Shown: one piece after another, positions 52,293 to 64,000 of the stretch | Numbering within the stretch: position 1 is the first letter of the stretch | Layout: each line of letters starts with the position of its first letter | Assembly (NCBI GenBank): GCA_051294375.1 | Contig: CM119266.1 | Coordinates: 5,907,431-5,971,430, forward strand | Length of the DNA stretch: 64,000 bases | Direction of reading: 5' to 3' | Source: Paraspadella gotoi | Taxonomy: Eukaryota > Animalia > Chaetognatha | Program-made: the position numbers and the translations under genes | Notes under the pieces: generated by a model | Seen by the model: the letters and a program-made list of their open reading frames with translations, nothing else | Told to the model about the DNA's origin: nothing | Database searches by the model: none

Positions 52293-53609
52293 CCAGCCTG
52301 CCCGGTTTGATCGTGAGTTCATTGAGTTGAATGAGAGGTCGAATTAGGGTTGAGAGAGAGAGAGAGAGAGAGGAGGACGCTTTTAAGGTCGACCACCCGG
52401 TTTTATCCACACTAATGACCGGCTGTCCAATAATGACTTATCGTCTTCTTTGCGTGATAAATATCTCAACTAATGAATTACAGAGCTAACTAGAAGATAG
52501 GATAGTGTATTTAGTTAAAAAATTCTATGTTAACTTTGAAATCGATTTATGAAAGTCAATAGAACTTAAAAGATTAGCGTAAAACTTAAATTTATAATAA
52601 ACGTATTAGTAAGTCTTTGCAATGGTTCTATTGTACGAGTTGGGATTTTATTTGGACTATGGAAATGGGTTTTAAAATCATTACTTAAAATTTATCTCGT
52701 TTGTTTCAAATCTGCTTTCCTGTATGTACTTGCGAATTATTGCCTGAGCCAAATCCTCTCATCCGTACTTAGTAGTGAAAGTCACGTATGAAAATTCTAA
52801 TAGTCAATTATGAACAACGTACCACCAATTTATAAACAGTCAACATTAATTCATAAAAAAAATAATTTTATAATTTTTAATTTTCGCAGTAGGCTATATT
52901 TATATAGAGTACTATCCTTAAAAAATCCTAAAATTTAAAAAATGGACTTTTCTTAATTTTGATGGCAGTGAATTCCTCGTCAAAAGTTGATTAAAGAAAA
53001 TATAACTCATTTTAAAAAAATATTTCATTAAGCAGGTTAAAAATTTTAAAAAACTATTTAATATACAAAAATTTAATTTTCAGCTTAAAATAGAGGTTTT
53101 TTAAATTTTTTACCCACTTAATGTAAGAATTTTTAAAAAAAAGGAGTTCATTATTGTTTCAAATAAATCATGTTGAACCATTTAAAAACTTTTCTCTAAA
53201 AAAAGAGTTATGTCGCAATGCAAGAAAAAGCTAAAAGGGAGTTTCAGCCTACTTTTGCACCAATTTATTGATCTCAGAGACAACTCCTTTACCCAATATT
53301 ATCAATTATGCAGCCATTTGGTACTCAGAAGGTTCAGTTACAATGTGAAGGACGTCATTTTTCTGTGAGAAGATTAACAAGGTCCAATCATTGACAAAAT
53401 AGAAAAAAAATATGAAAAAAGTGTGACAAATTTTTTACTGTATGTTTTCGAAATTATGGTACTGTTACAAAATGGTTTAAAAAACGCATTTTTTAATACA
53501 TATTCTGTTAGAGCAGACCAAGCCCTTACCTCTACATATTTTTTGGCGACAATTTTGAATCAGGGCTTGTTCATAATCAATTAATATATGGAAATTTGGA
53601 CTGACAAAC

Positions 53610-54365
53610 AGGTTTCTATTTTTTATCAAATATTTTACTTTTTTGCACTGATGTCTTTGTTATGAGAAAAAAAACAAAAAAATGGAGGGTAGTACGCGTA
53701 AATCTATGTTGTTGTGATCATTCATGATAAATTTGAATAAAAAATATGCACAACTTTGATGATAGGACATTTTTCTTTAATAAAAAAATTGAATTTTCCA
53801 GTTTTTCGAAAATATTTTTTTTTGCGTTCATAATTATAATTAAAGAAAACGCGTAAACATTTTGCATTTTTAAAAAAACATCAGATTGGAGGTAATCAAT
53901 TTGTGCCAAATCTGATGTTTTTTATTTTTTGATATTTTATTTTTTATGCAAAAACATAATTATGAATGAGCCTTGGTCAATTCAATTTTTTTTATCATTT
54001 TTTCATATAGCCTGACGTTTTTGCCCTGATGTCTTTCCTACAAAAAGACCCATGGATTTGGAGGGTAGTAGCCATAAATCTATAATTTTATGATAATCCA
54101 TGATTAATTTGGAACAAAAATACGTACACTTCTGAAGACAGGGAATTTTTATTTATTAAAATAATTGAATTTTTTTAGTTGAAAAAAAAGCAGAATTTTT
54201 TTGTTCATAATTAAGAATAAAGAAAAAGAGCAAACATTTTGTATTTCTAAAAACATCAGATTGGAGATAATTATTTTGGGGCCAAATCTGATGTTTTTTA
54301 TTTTTTTTTAATTTTCATTTTTTATGCAAAAATATAATTATCATGATCATTGGTCAAATAAATTT
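53610..54365 (+). repeat. Diverged tandem repeat (~375-bp unit) with internal palindrome; third partial copy at ~54950-55160
   Basis: AAAAACATCAGATT...AATCTGATGTTTTT hairpin at 53873-53923, 54249-54298 and 55045-55093, with colinear flanks. Confidence 0.7.
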
Positions 54366-55784
54366 TTTAAATCTTTTTCTTATGTCGCGGTGCACAGTCT
54401 CGTGGAAAATTTTATTCACGCTATTCTCATGCAAAATTCTTTATCTTGTGACCAAAATTTTTGCTCTGTCTGATTACTAACATATGCCTTATATTCGAAC
54501 GAACATAGGCTTTTTTTACCATGACTGTTTTTAATCAGTAAGATCGCAAAGATAATCAAAATATGTAAAAAATCAGGCTAAAGTAGCTTAAAACGGTGAC
54601 AAAATTTCATACCATCGTCATTGTAATTGATCTGGGTTAAACTTGTTGATTATAAAAAGTTATATTCAAACTCAATTTACAACTAGAGATCAAGAGCTAT
54701 CTTTTAAACCTATTATTTTTTCATTTAAAGGAAATTTAAGGCATAACAATCAAACAAATATCTCTAAATCAGAATGACAAAACAATATTGCTTTTTTCTA
54801 TTTTTTTTATTCATTTTGTGGCTGTGACTTATTTGGCGTTTTAAGAAAGATCTAAGTAACATTTTTGGGAAAATCATCTTCTTAGAACTTTAGGTATAAA
54901 ATTTTTATACAAATATTTTTAATTTAGTACACTAAAATGATTTTAAATTAATTAAAAAAAGTTGAATATTTAATATTTTCGAAAAAAACATTTGTTTCAT
55001 GGAGAATTATAAAAAGGAACTTGAGAAAATAATTTTGCATTTTGAAAAAAATCAGATCTTTCCCAATCGATTTTGTCACAATCTGATGTTTTTATTTTTT
55101 TGATTGATTTATTTTTTATGTAAAATTATAATTCTTCGTGAGCATGGTCTGAAAAATTTTTTTAACAATTTTTCAGTTTTTCTTTATTTTTTTTTTCTTT
55201 TATGTTTTCCATAAGTATTCAAGAGGGATATGGAGGACAGTTTTTCTTATCTTATGTTATTGTGATCATTTTCTATTATTTTTGATAAACCATTACTTAT
55301 AATAATAATACTGTAATGTTTTTTTAAGTGAGCAAAAGTTCTGAAATTGATGCAGAAACAAAGAAAAGCGACAGAGAGAGAGTGAGGCAAAGAGTGAGAG
55401 CGAGAGAGCAAAAAGCAAAAGTGAGAGAGAGAATTCTGATTGTTGTTTAAATGCGAAGGTTGCACGTTTGAGGCTATCACAAATATTTTTTTTGTAACCA
55501 GGAGACGTCAGATAAGAAAGATATTGAATGTGATTGAAAAGTGAAAGCGCGGCACTGGTTAATTAATAATTAATTAATTCAAGTTAATTAATTAATTAGG
55601 CAAGTAATTAATTAATTTGATCCGAAATGCTGTTTTGATTGATTAATTGACTGATAAATTCATTATTGATTAATTAAGTGACTAATTGACTAATTGATTA
55701 ATTAACTGATCAATTATTTGATGAATTAATTGATTTTCATTATATAAGAAAAAAAAAGCATAAATCAATTAGTGAAACAGGTTT

Positions 55785-56120
55785 TTGTTTTTTCCATTTA
55801 AACTCATTTCCACTCAAACGATTCCATCGAAAACTTAATTTCCAGCTTAATCACACACTTTACTACCCACTTACAAAATTTTAGGTCAATCGCCCATCCA
55901 CTCATCAGTAATTGGCGTTCAAATAATGAAATTTTTTTTTTTTCCATTTAAACTCATTTCCACTCGGACGATTACATCGAAACTTCATATACAGCTCAAT
56001 CACACACTTCCTACCCACACACATATTTCATTCCAATCCATCCATCCAATCTCGAGTAATCTGACTTTTTTGTTAAGGTGGGACAGACAGACAGACAGAC
56101 GGACGAACGGACATCGTTTT
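55785..56120 (+). mobile_element. HINE-family internal fragment with duplicated core
   Basis: TTTTTCCATTTAAACTCATTTCCACTC...ATCGAAACTT...CTACCCAC appears twice, followed by GACAGACAGACGGACG; another fragment at ~57130-57300. Confidence 0.6.
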
Positions 56121-56219
56121 TTTTGCAAAATGATAACATGCACGAATGCGAATGCTAATTTTACAAGTTCAATCCTATCCAATTTTTTTTTTTTTTTTTT
56201 TTTTTTTTATAAAAAACGC

Positions 56220-56250
<31 letters not shown>

Positions 56251-57642
56251 AGAGAAGACAAATCGTTTTCGGACGAATCAGCAGCGCGCAGCAGCAGAGG
56301 CAGCCAGAAAAAAAGAAAGAAATCAAAAGGCAGCAGCAGAAGCAGCAGGAGAAAAGAGAGAAAAAGAAAACGCCCCTGCAGAGCCAGCTGCAAACTCGTT
56401 TTTTTTTTTTCCGATGAATCAGCCTGGGGAAAAGATTACGGAAAAGTAACGGAGATCGTCCGCAAACACGCAAGCGATTGCGACGAATAAAAATATAAAG
56501 GATTTATCGATGCAATGATAACCATTTATTATTGTGACAATAGTATATGCAATGATAATCGATCATTGAAGATTTTTCAATCAACTGATCAATCAGCCAA
56601 TCAATAATTTTATCTGAGAGAAAGAGAGAGAGAGAGAGAGAAGAGAGAGAGTGAGAGTGTGACTTCGCGTCAAAATCATTAGAGATAAGGGGGAAATATG
56701 TTAAAGCTCTGCAAATTTTACAAGCATGCAGTTGATGTTATGGTTCTTGTTACTACTCGTTAAAGAGTTAAAAATTCGGTTAAAAAATATAAAAAGTTCT
56801 AACAAAGTTTCTAGAAAGTTGAACTAAAAATAATATTTGAAGTACTAATCCATCATACATTAAATTACATAAATTGTGTCGTTTATTTTTGGACGACTTC
56901 ATATATTCAATTTTGTATGTAAATAAAAATATGAAGATTAACTTTTATCGCGATTTCCAAGCCAAATTATGGTTTAATGTTTTTCAAATATGATATGGAT
57001 AAACAATCTGACAGCCACACTGGCCAAAAGTATTTTGATACAATTGCGTGGCTCTTAATCTCGGCGCATCTAAAATAGTGTAAAAAAATACAAATTAAAT
57101 TAATAAACTAAAATTGATCTTTACTTTTTCTATTTAAATCTACTTCCACTAGCTTGATTCCATTGAAACTTGAATTTCAGCTCAATGAACTAGTTTTTTA
57201 ATCACGGACAAAATTTCAACTCAATTGATTTATCCAAACATAAGTAATAAGACTTTAAAGGTACGGGAGAAAGGACGGACAGACAGACAGATGGACAGAC
57301 AAATGTTTTGAAGTTTTGATATCAAACGACAGCTTTAACAGAGGAGATTCTGACTGCATTGTTTTTAAGAGATATGTTGTTCACACATTATAGAATAATC
57401 CAATCTCTTTTTAGTTTGAATTCTGACGGCATTATGTATTAAACTGTATCTTGAGAGCTTTAAGAGATTTTGCATTAATTTTTATACATAACATTCACGG
57501 AGTAATGACCTAGGATGAGAAACAGTAAAAAATGAAAAAATCAATAATGAAAATTTTTTTTTAACTGCATAGTTTTATTTCTACGAGACTGTACATCGCG
57601 TCTTATACAAGACTGACTTTCTTTAACTGATGTCTTTTCATT

Positions 57643-58726
57643 AAACAAGTTTGAGCAAACAATGTCGGATCTGCCTACGATAATTAAGTGGTAATAAGCT
57701 AATTGTGGTCAACTTGCATAATTTAATCAACTTGCATTAATTTGGTCAACTGGCATAATTGGGTCAACTGGCATAATTTTGGTCAACTGACATAATTTGG
57801 TAACTGACATAATTTGGTCAACTGACTTAATTTGTTTAACTGATATAATTTGGTTAACTGACATAATTTTTTCAACTGACATAATTGTCGACTGACATAA
57901 TTTGGTCGACTGACTTAATTTGGTTAACTGACATAATTTGGTCAACTGACATAATTTTGGTCAACTGACATAATTGGTCACTGAATATTTGGTCAACCGG
58001 CATAATTTGGTCAACTGGCATAATTTTTTCAACTGGCAATATTATTATCAACTGGCATAATTTTATCAACTGGCATTATTTTATCAACTGGCATATTTGG
58101 TCAACTTGCAGAATTTGTCAACTGGCATATAATTTGGTCACTTTCATATTTTTGTCAATTGGGCATAATTTGATCAATCAATAAATCAATCAATCAGAGA
58201 GAGATAGAGAGAGAGAAACTTTTCTAATTTGAACTCTTTTCCACCTCCTACAAATTCCATCAAAAAAAATTATATCCAGCTTTATTCACACTACTTTCCT
58301 ACCCACACACAAAATTCCATTTCAATTTATCTATCAAATTTTTAATAAACATAATAATTATGAGTAAATCTAAGTAAAAATACTTCAAGTAAATATGAAC
58401 TTTTGTTTTTTCCATTTTAATTCAATTGCCCTATCCACTCATGAGCAATTGGCGTTCAAATAGTGAAATAGATTTTTGTTTTTTCCATTTAAAACCAATT
58501 TCCACTCGCACGATTTCCATCGAAACTTCATATCCATCCTCAATCACACAGTTTCCTACCCAACACAAATTCATACCAGAACGGACAGACGGACGGACGG
58601 AGACATCATTTTTTTTGCAGAATTTATCATAATTCGAGGTTCTGATATGATAATAATGATTTACCGACAATATTTTGGGGTGAGACCGACGGACCGACAA
58701 AGTAAATTATAGATCCGACTAAAAAA
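57643..58726 (+). mobile_element. DINE-1/HINE-like Helentron carrying an internal minisatellite
   Basis: Same 5' end (AAACAAGTTTGAGCAAACAATGTCGGATCTGC) and 3' end (GACCGACGGACCGACAAAGT...AGATCCGACTAAAAAA) as 51732-52292. Confidence 0.65.
57700..58175 (+). repeat. 18-19-bp minisatellite (TTTGGTCAACTGACATAA)n
   Basis: About 25 tandem, slightly diverged units. Confidence 0.9.
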
Positions 58727-59980
58727 CTAACTTTTTATGATAGATGTGTTTTTATAAAGCTGTTTGACAGACAGACAATAAAAAGATACAAAAAAAAGAG
58801 AGAGAGGGAGAGAGAAGAGAGAGAGAAAGAAGAGAGAGAGAGATTGATTGATTAATTTTAATTGATTGATTGATTGATTGGTTATGCTGAAAAGCTTTTA
58901 AATTAGTTCAGGATTTTTCCTAATTGGATTATGAGACTATTCATTCTTTGGCTTTGATTTCCATCTTTTTTATTAGATTTAATTCTGCTCATTACTTGTA
59001 TTTCTGCCAAGATTCTTTCTATCATTCAATCTCTTCTCTCTCTCTCCTCCTTTTCTTTTAATAATTTCAACTTTACAACTGTGACATCCAAATGTGTGAT
59101 CTTTTGAGTCTCTTTCTTGTTTTTCTTTTTCTTTAAAGCTTTACTAATAATTAACTTTTTATGGATTGATGGATTAATGGATACTCATTGATAAATAATT
59201 TTTTTATATTCATAGTTTAAATTCATACTATTTGTTACCCTAAAAGTTTTAAAATATAATTTTTATTCCATTAAAGATCATGCGTTAGATTTCCTTAAAA
59301 GTTTTCCAAATACTCCGTTATAAAAGCTAAAATGCAATAATCTCATTTGCATATTGCAGTAAAAAGAAATAATCTTTTAAAAAAATATACATAAATTTAA
59401 TTTTTCTTTCAGGTTTAAAACGCTCATAACTATATGTGGTTATTATGATTCAAAAGGTTATTAAAAAAGAATTATTTTTTTTTTACAAAAAAAATGAATT
59501 TGAAAAAAAAGTACTTTGTCAAAGTGAAAAAAAGATAGATGTGAAAACAGAATCCCAGCCAGAAATTCAGAAGTTGACAAAAATTGATCGAAATGACTTT
59601 TTACGTAATGGCAAAGTTTAGTTCCAATAATATTTATAGGTAATGAATTTTTAAAATATTCACTGTATTTTACTGTATCTCGATAGCCTGTAACAATTTT
59701 GCATAGATTTTTTAGGATAACTTCTGTAAAGACTCAGGGAATAAAAAAAATATTCTGATGGGCTGAAATCAATAATATTTTTTTTCGCCTCGGTGGAACT
59801 CTCTTTCAGCTTTTAGCTTGCATTGCGTCTTATATTTCTTTTTATTAACTTTTTATGACGAATCCAAATCTAAAAAAAAATCTGATAAAAAACCATTTTG
59901 AAATTTTAATATTTAAAGGGTTAGTACTATATATAAATATAGCTTTATGGTGGACTAAAACCCACCAACCGTTCATCAGC

Positions 59981-60168
59981 GGCCATTGGTGCCGGAGGCA
60001 AGTCATTCGCCTCCCAACCCAAAGGTCCGGGGTTCTAGCCCGTTGGTTGTCTGGCAGTTAAGAGGGACTGGGCGCTTAACCCGCCTGAAACATGGTGTTA
60101 CAACCTGATCCGAAGCTCAGGGACTGCTTATATTGAATGGTTCTATCACTAACTCATAACAATAATTA
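59981..60168 (+). mobile_element. Possible tRNA-derived SINE
   Basis: GC-rich island with an A-box-like TGGTGCCGGAGG, a tRNA-like CGCCTCCCAACCCAAAGGTCCGGGGTTCTAGCCC head (B-box-like at 60031-60040) and a short AAC/AAT tail. Single copy in the window. Confidence 0.35.
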
Positions 60169-61399
60169 CTGTCTCTTCAGCTTACTATTAGTAATCACGC
60201 TCGTGATATCTAACGTTCCAGCGTCGCCCCTCCCTTGAAAGTCTGACGTAGGTTTTCATGAATCTTTTCGCTGAATATCGAGTAAAATGATGAATGAAAA
60301 GTTTAGTAACTTGTATTTTACATAAAATGTTCATAAAAATCCTGTAAAACTCAAGTTCAGGACGGGCGATGCTACTTTTTGTAAATCATAAAACGAACTA
60401 AAGATTGATTATGAGTCTCGCCAAATTACGACAAAAGTCCGTCGAATTCAATTAAAATGATTTGGCCGAATGCGGGAGGGCGGCGTAATACTTGACTTAA
60501 GTACAGTCAAAAAAATAAGAGAGGGAAAAAGAATACGTAAATACTACGTAAATTGCAAAAATTATAATAAATTTTTTTATATATTAATGTTCATTAGTAC
60601 AATGTTGTTCATTCCTCACTTTTATAATTTTAATTTAAGTTAAATTTAAACCTTAGTACTTAGCTATTAATGCTTTAGGCTAAGATAATTAAAAAGTAAC
60701 TTAAAAACAGACAATTTATACATTTTAAACCGAATTAAAATTGTTTTTCTTTAAATATATGGTAAAATAAGTAATCTTGTAACTTTCATAGATTTTGATA
60801 GTTTTAAAATCTCTGAACTTAAAATAGTGACGCAAATAATTTGATAATTTTCTGCTTTTTTCCGAAAATCCCAAAATTCTTGTAGATCGTTATCAACCCT
60901 TGGTTTTTTCCCCAGTTGTAATAATTTCCCAGGAAGCTATTAACAGCCTTAGCTTATATATGCTGGTGTGGCAGTAACCGGGCCGAATTTTTTGGATGAG
61001 AATGCGATCGAACGAAACATTTCGTTCAATTAAAAATTAGAAATTAAATTTAAAATCTACGCTTTGTTCTAAATGAAATGTTTTTAAAAAACAAAAAGCC
61101 ATGAACGCTTCAGAGTTTAACCCAAGTAAGTCGCAACTCAAAAAGAATTGATTTTCTTTAAAGTTTAAACTTTGTCTTACAAAAATATTGATTCGTTGTC
61201 GCTAGTTATCACTGTGATATATATATATTATTATCTTTATTACCTTTGTAGTCCAACTGTTTATCGGTGCCCAGAATAATTGACTTTAACACAAGAATAT
61301 CATAACAGATAATATTCTCAATCTCATATGATATAAGACACTTATAATCAGAAATGTCCAATATCTTTGTCTCATATTCCCCTCTCCCTCCCACAAAAG

Positions 61400-62265
61400 G
61401 AGAGATTCTCAACGAGTTCGTCGACACCCCCAACGGAATTCTCGCCATTTTTTCCGTCGTCGCCAACTGCTTCGTCCTCGCCACATTCGCATTTGCCTAC
61501 AAGGTCAGATATTAATTATTGATTAAAGATATTAAATTGTAGTGGTACGAGGTTCTTTGTTTACATAGCGAGCGACTTTATGCGTGTGACAACTGTGGCA
61601 TGGACATTTCTTGAAAAGGAATCCTTAGGGTTCAAGTGTGTAAAAAGCTTGTTAAAATTGTATCTATTTTCGAAAAATGCACGACTCGGGTCCTCCAATG
61701 AATATGAAAAACAAAAGATATTTTAATTGAAGAAAAAAAAATTCTCACAAATAATAAAGAAGGCGTTCATTGAACCGAAAACTGTTATTGCCCTTGTAAG
61801 ATTGATTGAGGCTATTTTATAACATAGCCTGAGCAAAATCCAAAGATCAGAAAACTTCTTTATTAAATTAATTCAATAATTTTCTTCTCAGAAAAGACAA
61901 AACCTCGCCCCCCCTTCTCCTTCCTCCCCGACCTCCCCCTCTTCCTCTTCCTCCTCTTCTTCCTCCTCCTCCATCGGTGCCGCAGTTGAGCTCTCCGCTC
62001 TGGGTGTGTCCGACCTCGCCTTCAACGTCCTCGTCGTCGTCGGATTCGCGTGGACGAAATGTGTGGACGTCGGCGAATGCGAGATCGATGACGAGAGAGT
62101 TGGGGACTTTGCCGTCTTCGTCTATGTCCTCACGTGAGAATGAAATGAATGTGTAATAAGTGTGATAAGTGTGGAAAGTGTGATAAGTGAAAGGTGTGCT
62201 CGGAAGAAATTTAGAAGATAGTAAATTTTTTTTTTTAATCTATTTATCTTTAGTTTTTCTTTGAT

Positions 62266-62334
<69 letters not shown>

Positions 62335-63629
62335 TGTTTCCATCGATCAATTCATTTAGTAGCTATTTATGAAGGTACTTTTTAATTCATCTGTCAATTG
62401 ATGTGAAAAGCAATTATTAATCTATAAAATAAATAAACTTAATATTTATAGTATTTAACATACAATCCAATTTCTTTAGCTTCACCAACCGCCACCTCAC
62501 GGCCTACATCGCCCTTCAACGCGCGCTGATCGTTTCGTTCCCTCTTCGCCGCTTCGGTGCTCCAAGTGGAAGGAATTTGCACGTCCCGCCGAAAGTAATA
62601 TGGACGTATGGATAAAGGGACCGATACACAAATTCTAGCCATATTCACAGAGATTTACAGACAGACAAATAGACTCCCAAAGTAAGATGGACATACAGAT
62701 AAAGGGACTGTTACACAAATTCCCACCACATTCACAGATGGACAAATAGATGCCAAGAGTAAGATGGACATATGGATAAAGGGACTGTCACTCAAATTCC
62801 AGCCACATTCACAGAGATTTACAGATGGACAAATAGATGCCGAGAGTAAGATGGACGTACGGATAAAGGGACTGTTACACAAATTCCAGCCACATTCACA
62901 GAGATTTACAGAAGGACAAATAGACGCCAAGAGTAAGATGGATGTTATAGCAACAGCCGAGTTGCCGGTGATGCCCATTGGGATGGGGCATCTCACTGTT
63001 GGCTTTTGGGGCTTCCGACCCTCAGTGATGCCTCCTGTCACTGGCGCGGTTACTCTAGGATGGTCTCGTTTTGCCAACACAGAGGGAAGTTGTTAGTTCT
63101 ATGGATGGAATGCAACGTTTAGAATGGTGCGTTCCCCCTCTGAGCCAATGGGATTGGCTGATCGAAGGTGGATGTGAGGCGGTGTGAATATACCACCACA
63201 ACATATGGATAAAGGGACCAATACACAAACTCTTGCCACATTCACAGAAAAAGATGAAGCTACTACAAACCTACTAACATAAATAATAAATAACAGACGG
63301 AAAAAATGAAGCTGGAAACTATGACTGAAGATTAAAAAGACACAGACTTACAGACAACCATTTCTCAAATTCCCCTCATTCACTCCCAATTTACAAAAGG
63401 GCCGTGATCGTCTACGCCATCTTCTCATCTGGGGTGTGGCCCCGATGATCATACTCGGCCTCATTCTTGGGCTGTTACGGCGCCGCCTCATCGTCGGCGA
63501 GGTGCGGCGTCATGAGGACTTTTGGGCGCGCATATTTTTCTTCTTTTCCTTGACGCTGATTCTGTCGTGGACCCTGGTAGTCGCCTGTAGCGCTGCGGTC
63601 GTCGTGTGGAAGACGAGAGGAATGAGCAG
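61400..63629 (+). CDS. Divergent class A (rhodopsin-like) GPCR, TM1-TM5 exons (61400-61503, 61892-62133, 62480-62594, 63400-63629); start and TM6-7 not identified in the window
   Basis: In-phase GT-AG exons give TM1 'GILAIFSVVANCFVLATF', TM2 'LSALGVSDLAFNVLVVVGF' (LxxxD), TM3 'NRHLTAYIALQRALIVSFPL' (DRY-equivalent QRA followed by VxxPL), TM4 'LLIWGVAPMIILGLILGLL' and TM5 'IFFFFSLTLILSWTLVVACSAAVVVWK'. Confidence 0.75.
62268..62334 (+). repeat. (TCTA)n microsatellite
   Basis: Direct inspection. Confidence 0.95.
62599..63249 (+). repeat. 87-bp intronic minisatellite (4 full units plus one interrupted unit)
   Basis: Unit ATGGACRTAYGGATAAAGGGACTGTTACACAAATTCCAGCCACATTCACAGAGATTTACAGATGGACAAATAGATGCCAAGAGTAAG. 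Confidence 0.9.
62943..63203. mobile_element. 261-bp inserted repeat with TGTT...AACA termini (solo LTR or short structured retroposon); second copy begins at ~63942
   Basis: Interrupts a minisatellite unit (AAGATGGA|insert|TATGGATAAAGGG); its first ~58 bp recur at 63942-64000. Confidence 0.65.
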
Positions 63630-64000
63630 GTAGTGGTTTTAAAGATTAAGTTTTAAAGTTGGCTTTTAATTCAGGATAATAAATATGTGGGAAAAGGCAT
63701 TGATTTAATGTCTCAAAAAATTAAAAAATATCCAAATGAAACTACCGTTGTTGCAAATAAACCAATATTTACTCTTTCCCTCTAAATATCCAAAATACAC
63801 TTCTTCAAAACTTCCAAGAAGATCTAATCAAAAGATACAAAAAGTAATTAAATGTGCGTCAATATGCAAATGAGATTAAAGAATTCAGTCTGTAACATGC
63901 TAATACAAATCGAATGTTAATTATGCAATGAAATAGGTCACTTTATGGCAACAGCCGGGTTGCCTGTTATGCCCATTGAGATGGGGCATCTCAAAGTTGG

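Noticed and set aside
57700-58175. Possible CRISPR-like array
   Set aside because: Contiguous tandem units without unique spacers, eukaryotic context and no cas genes; the same applies to the 87-bp array at 62599
63170-63190. GGATGTGAGGCG resembles the 5' end of vertebrate 7SK RNA
   Set aside because: Only ~11 nt match, with no downstream GATC stem pattern

Overview
AT-rich, microsatellite-rich eukaryotic DNA, most likely from an invertebrate animal, in an error-prone draft assembly with two 25-N gaps (10682-10706, 22309-22333). The first ~35 kb is dominated by nested inverted duplications centred on or near these gaps and by garbled low-complexity fill, probably assembly or gap-filling artefacts. 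Inside that part lie a degenerate, apparently internally deleted BEL/Pao-like LTR retrotransposon (~1824-6722), a perfect 57-bp-arm hairpin carrying a Penelope-type minimal hammerhead ribozyme core (3 copies because of the duplications), a dense cluster of 10 CCAAT boxes and a GAC-rich minisatellite. The cleaner right half holds a multi-exon SLC35G-like (EamA/DMT) transporter gene on the minus strand (40935-47247) with an unusual ~165-aa loop between its two EamA halves, and TM1-TM5 exons of a divergent class A GPCR on the plus strand (61400-63629, continuing past the window). It also holds DINE-1/HINE-like Helentron elements, a TA-flanked MITE, a possible tRNA-derived SINE and a highly structured 261-bp element inserted in an intronic minisatellite. 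All calls were made by eye without database searches. Most supplied ORFs are low-complexity artefacts. I found no convincing wholly new multi-gene system.
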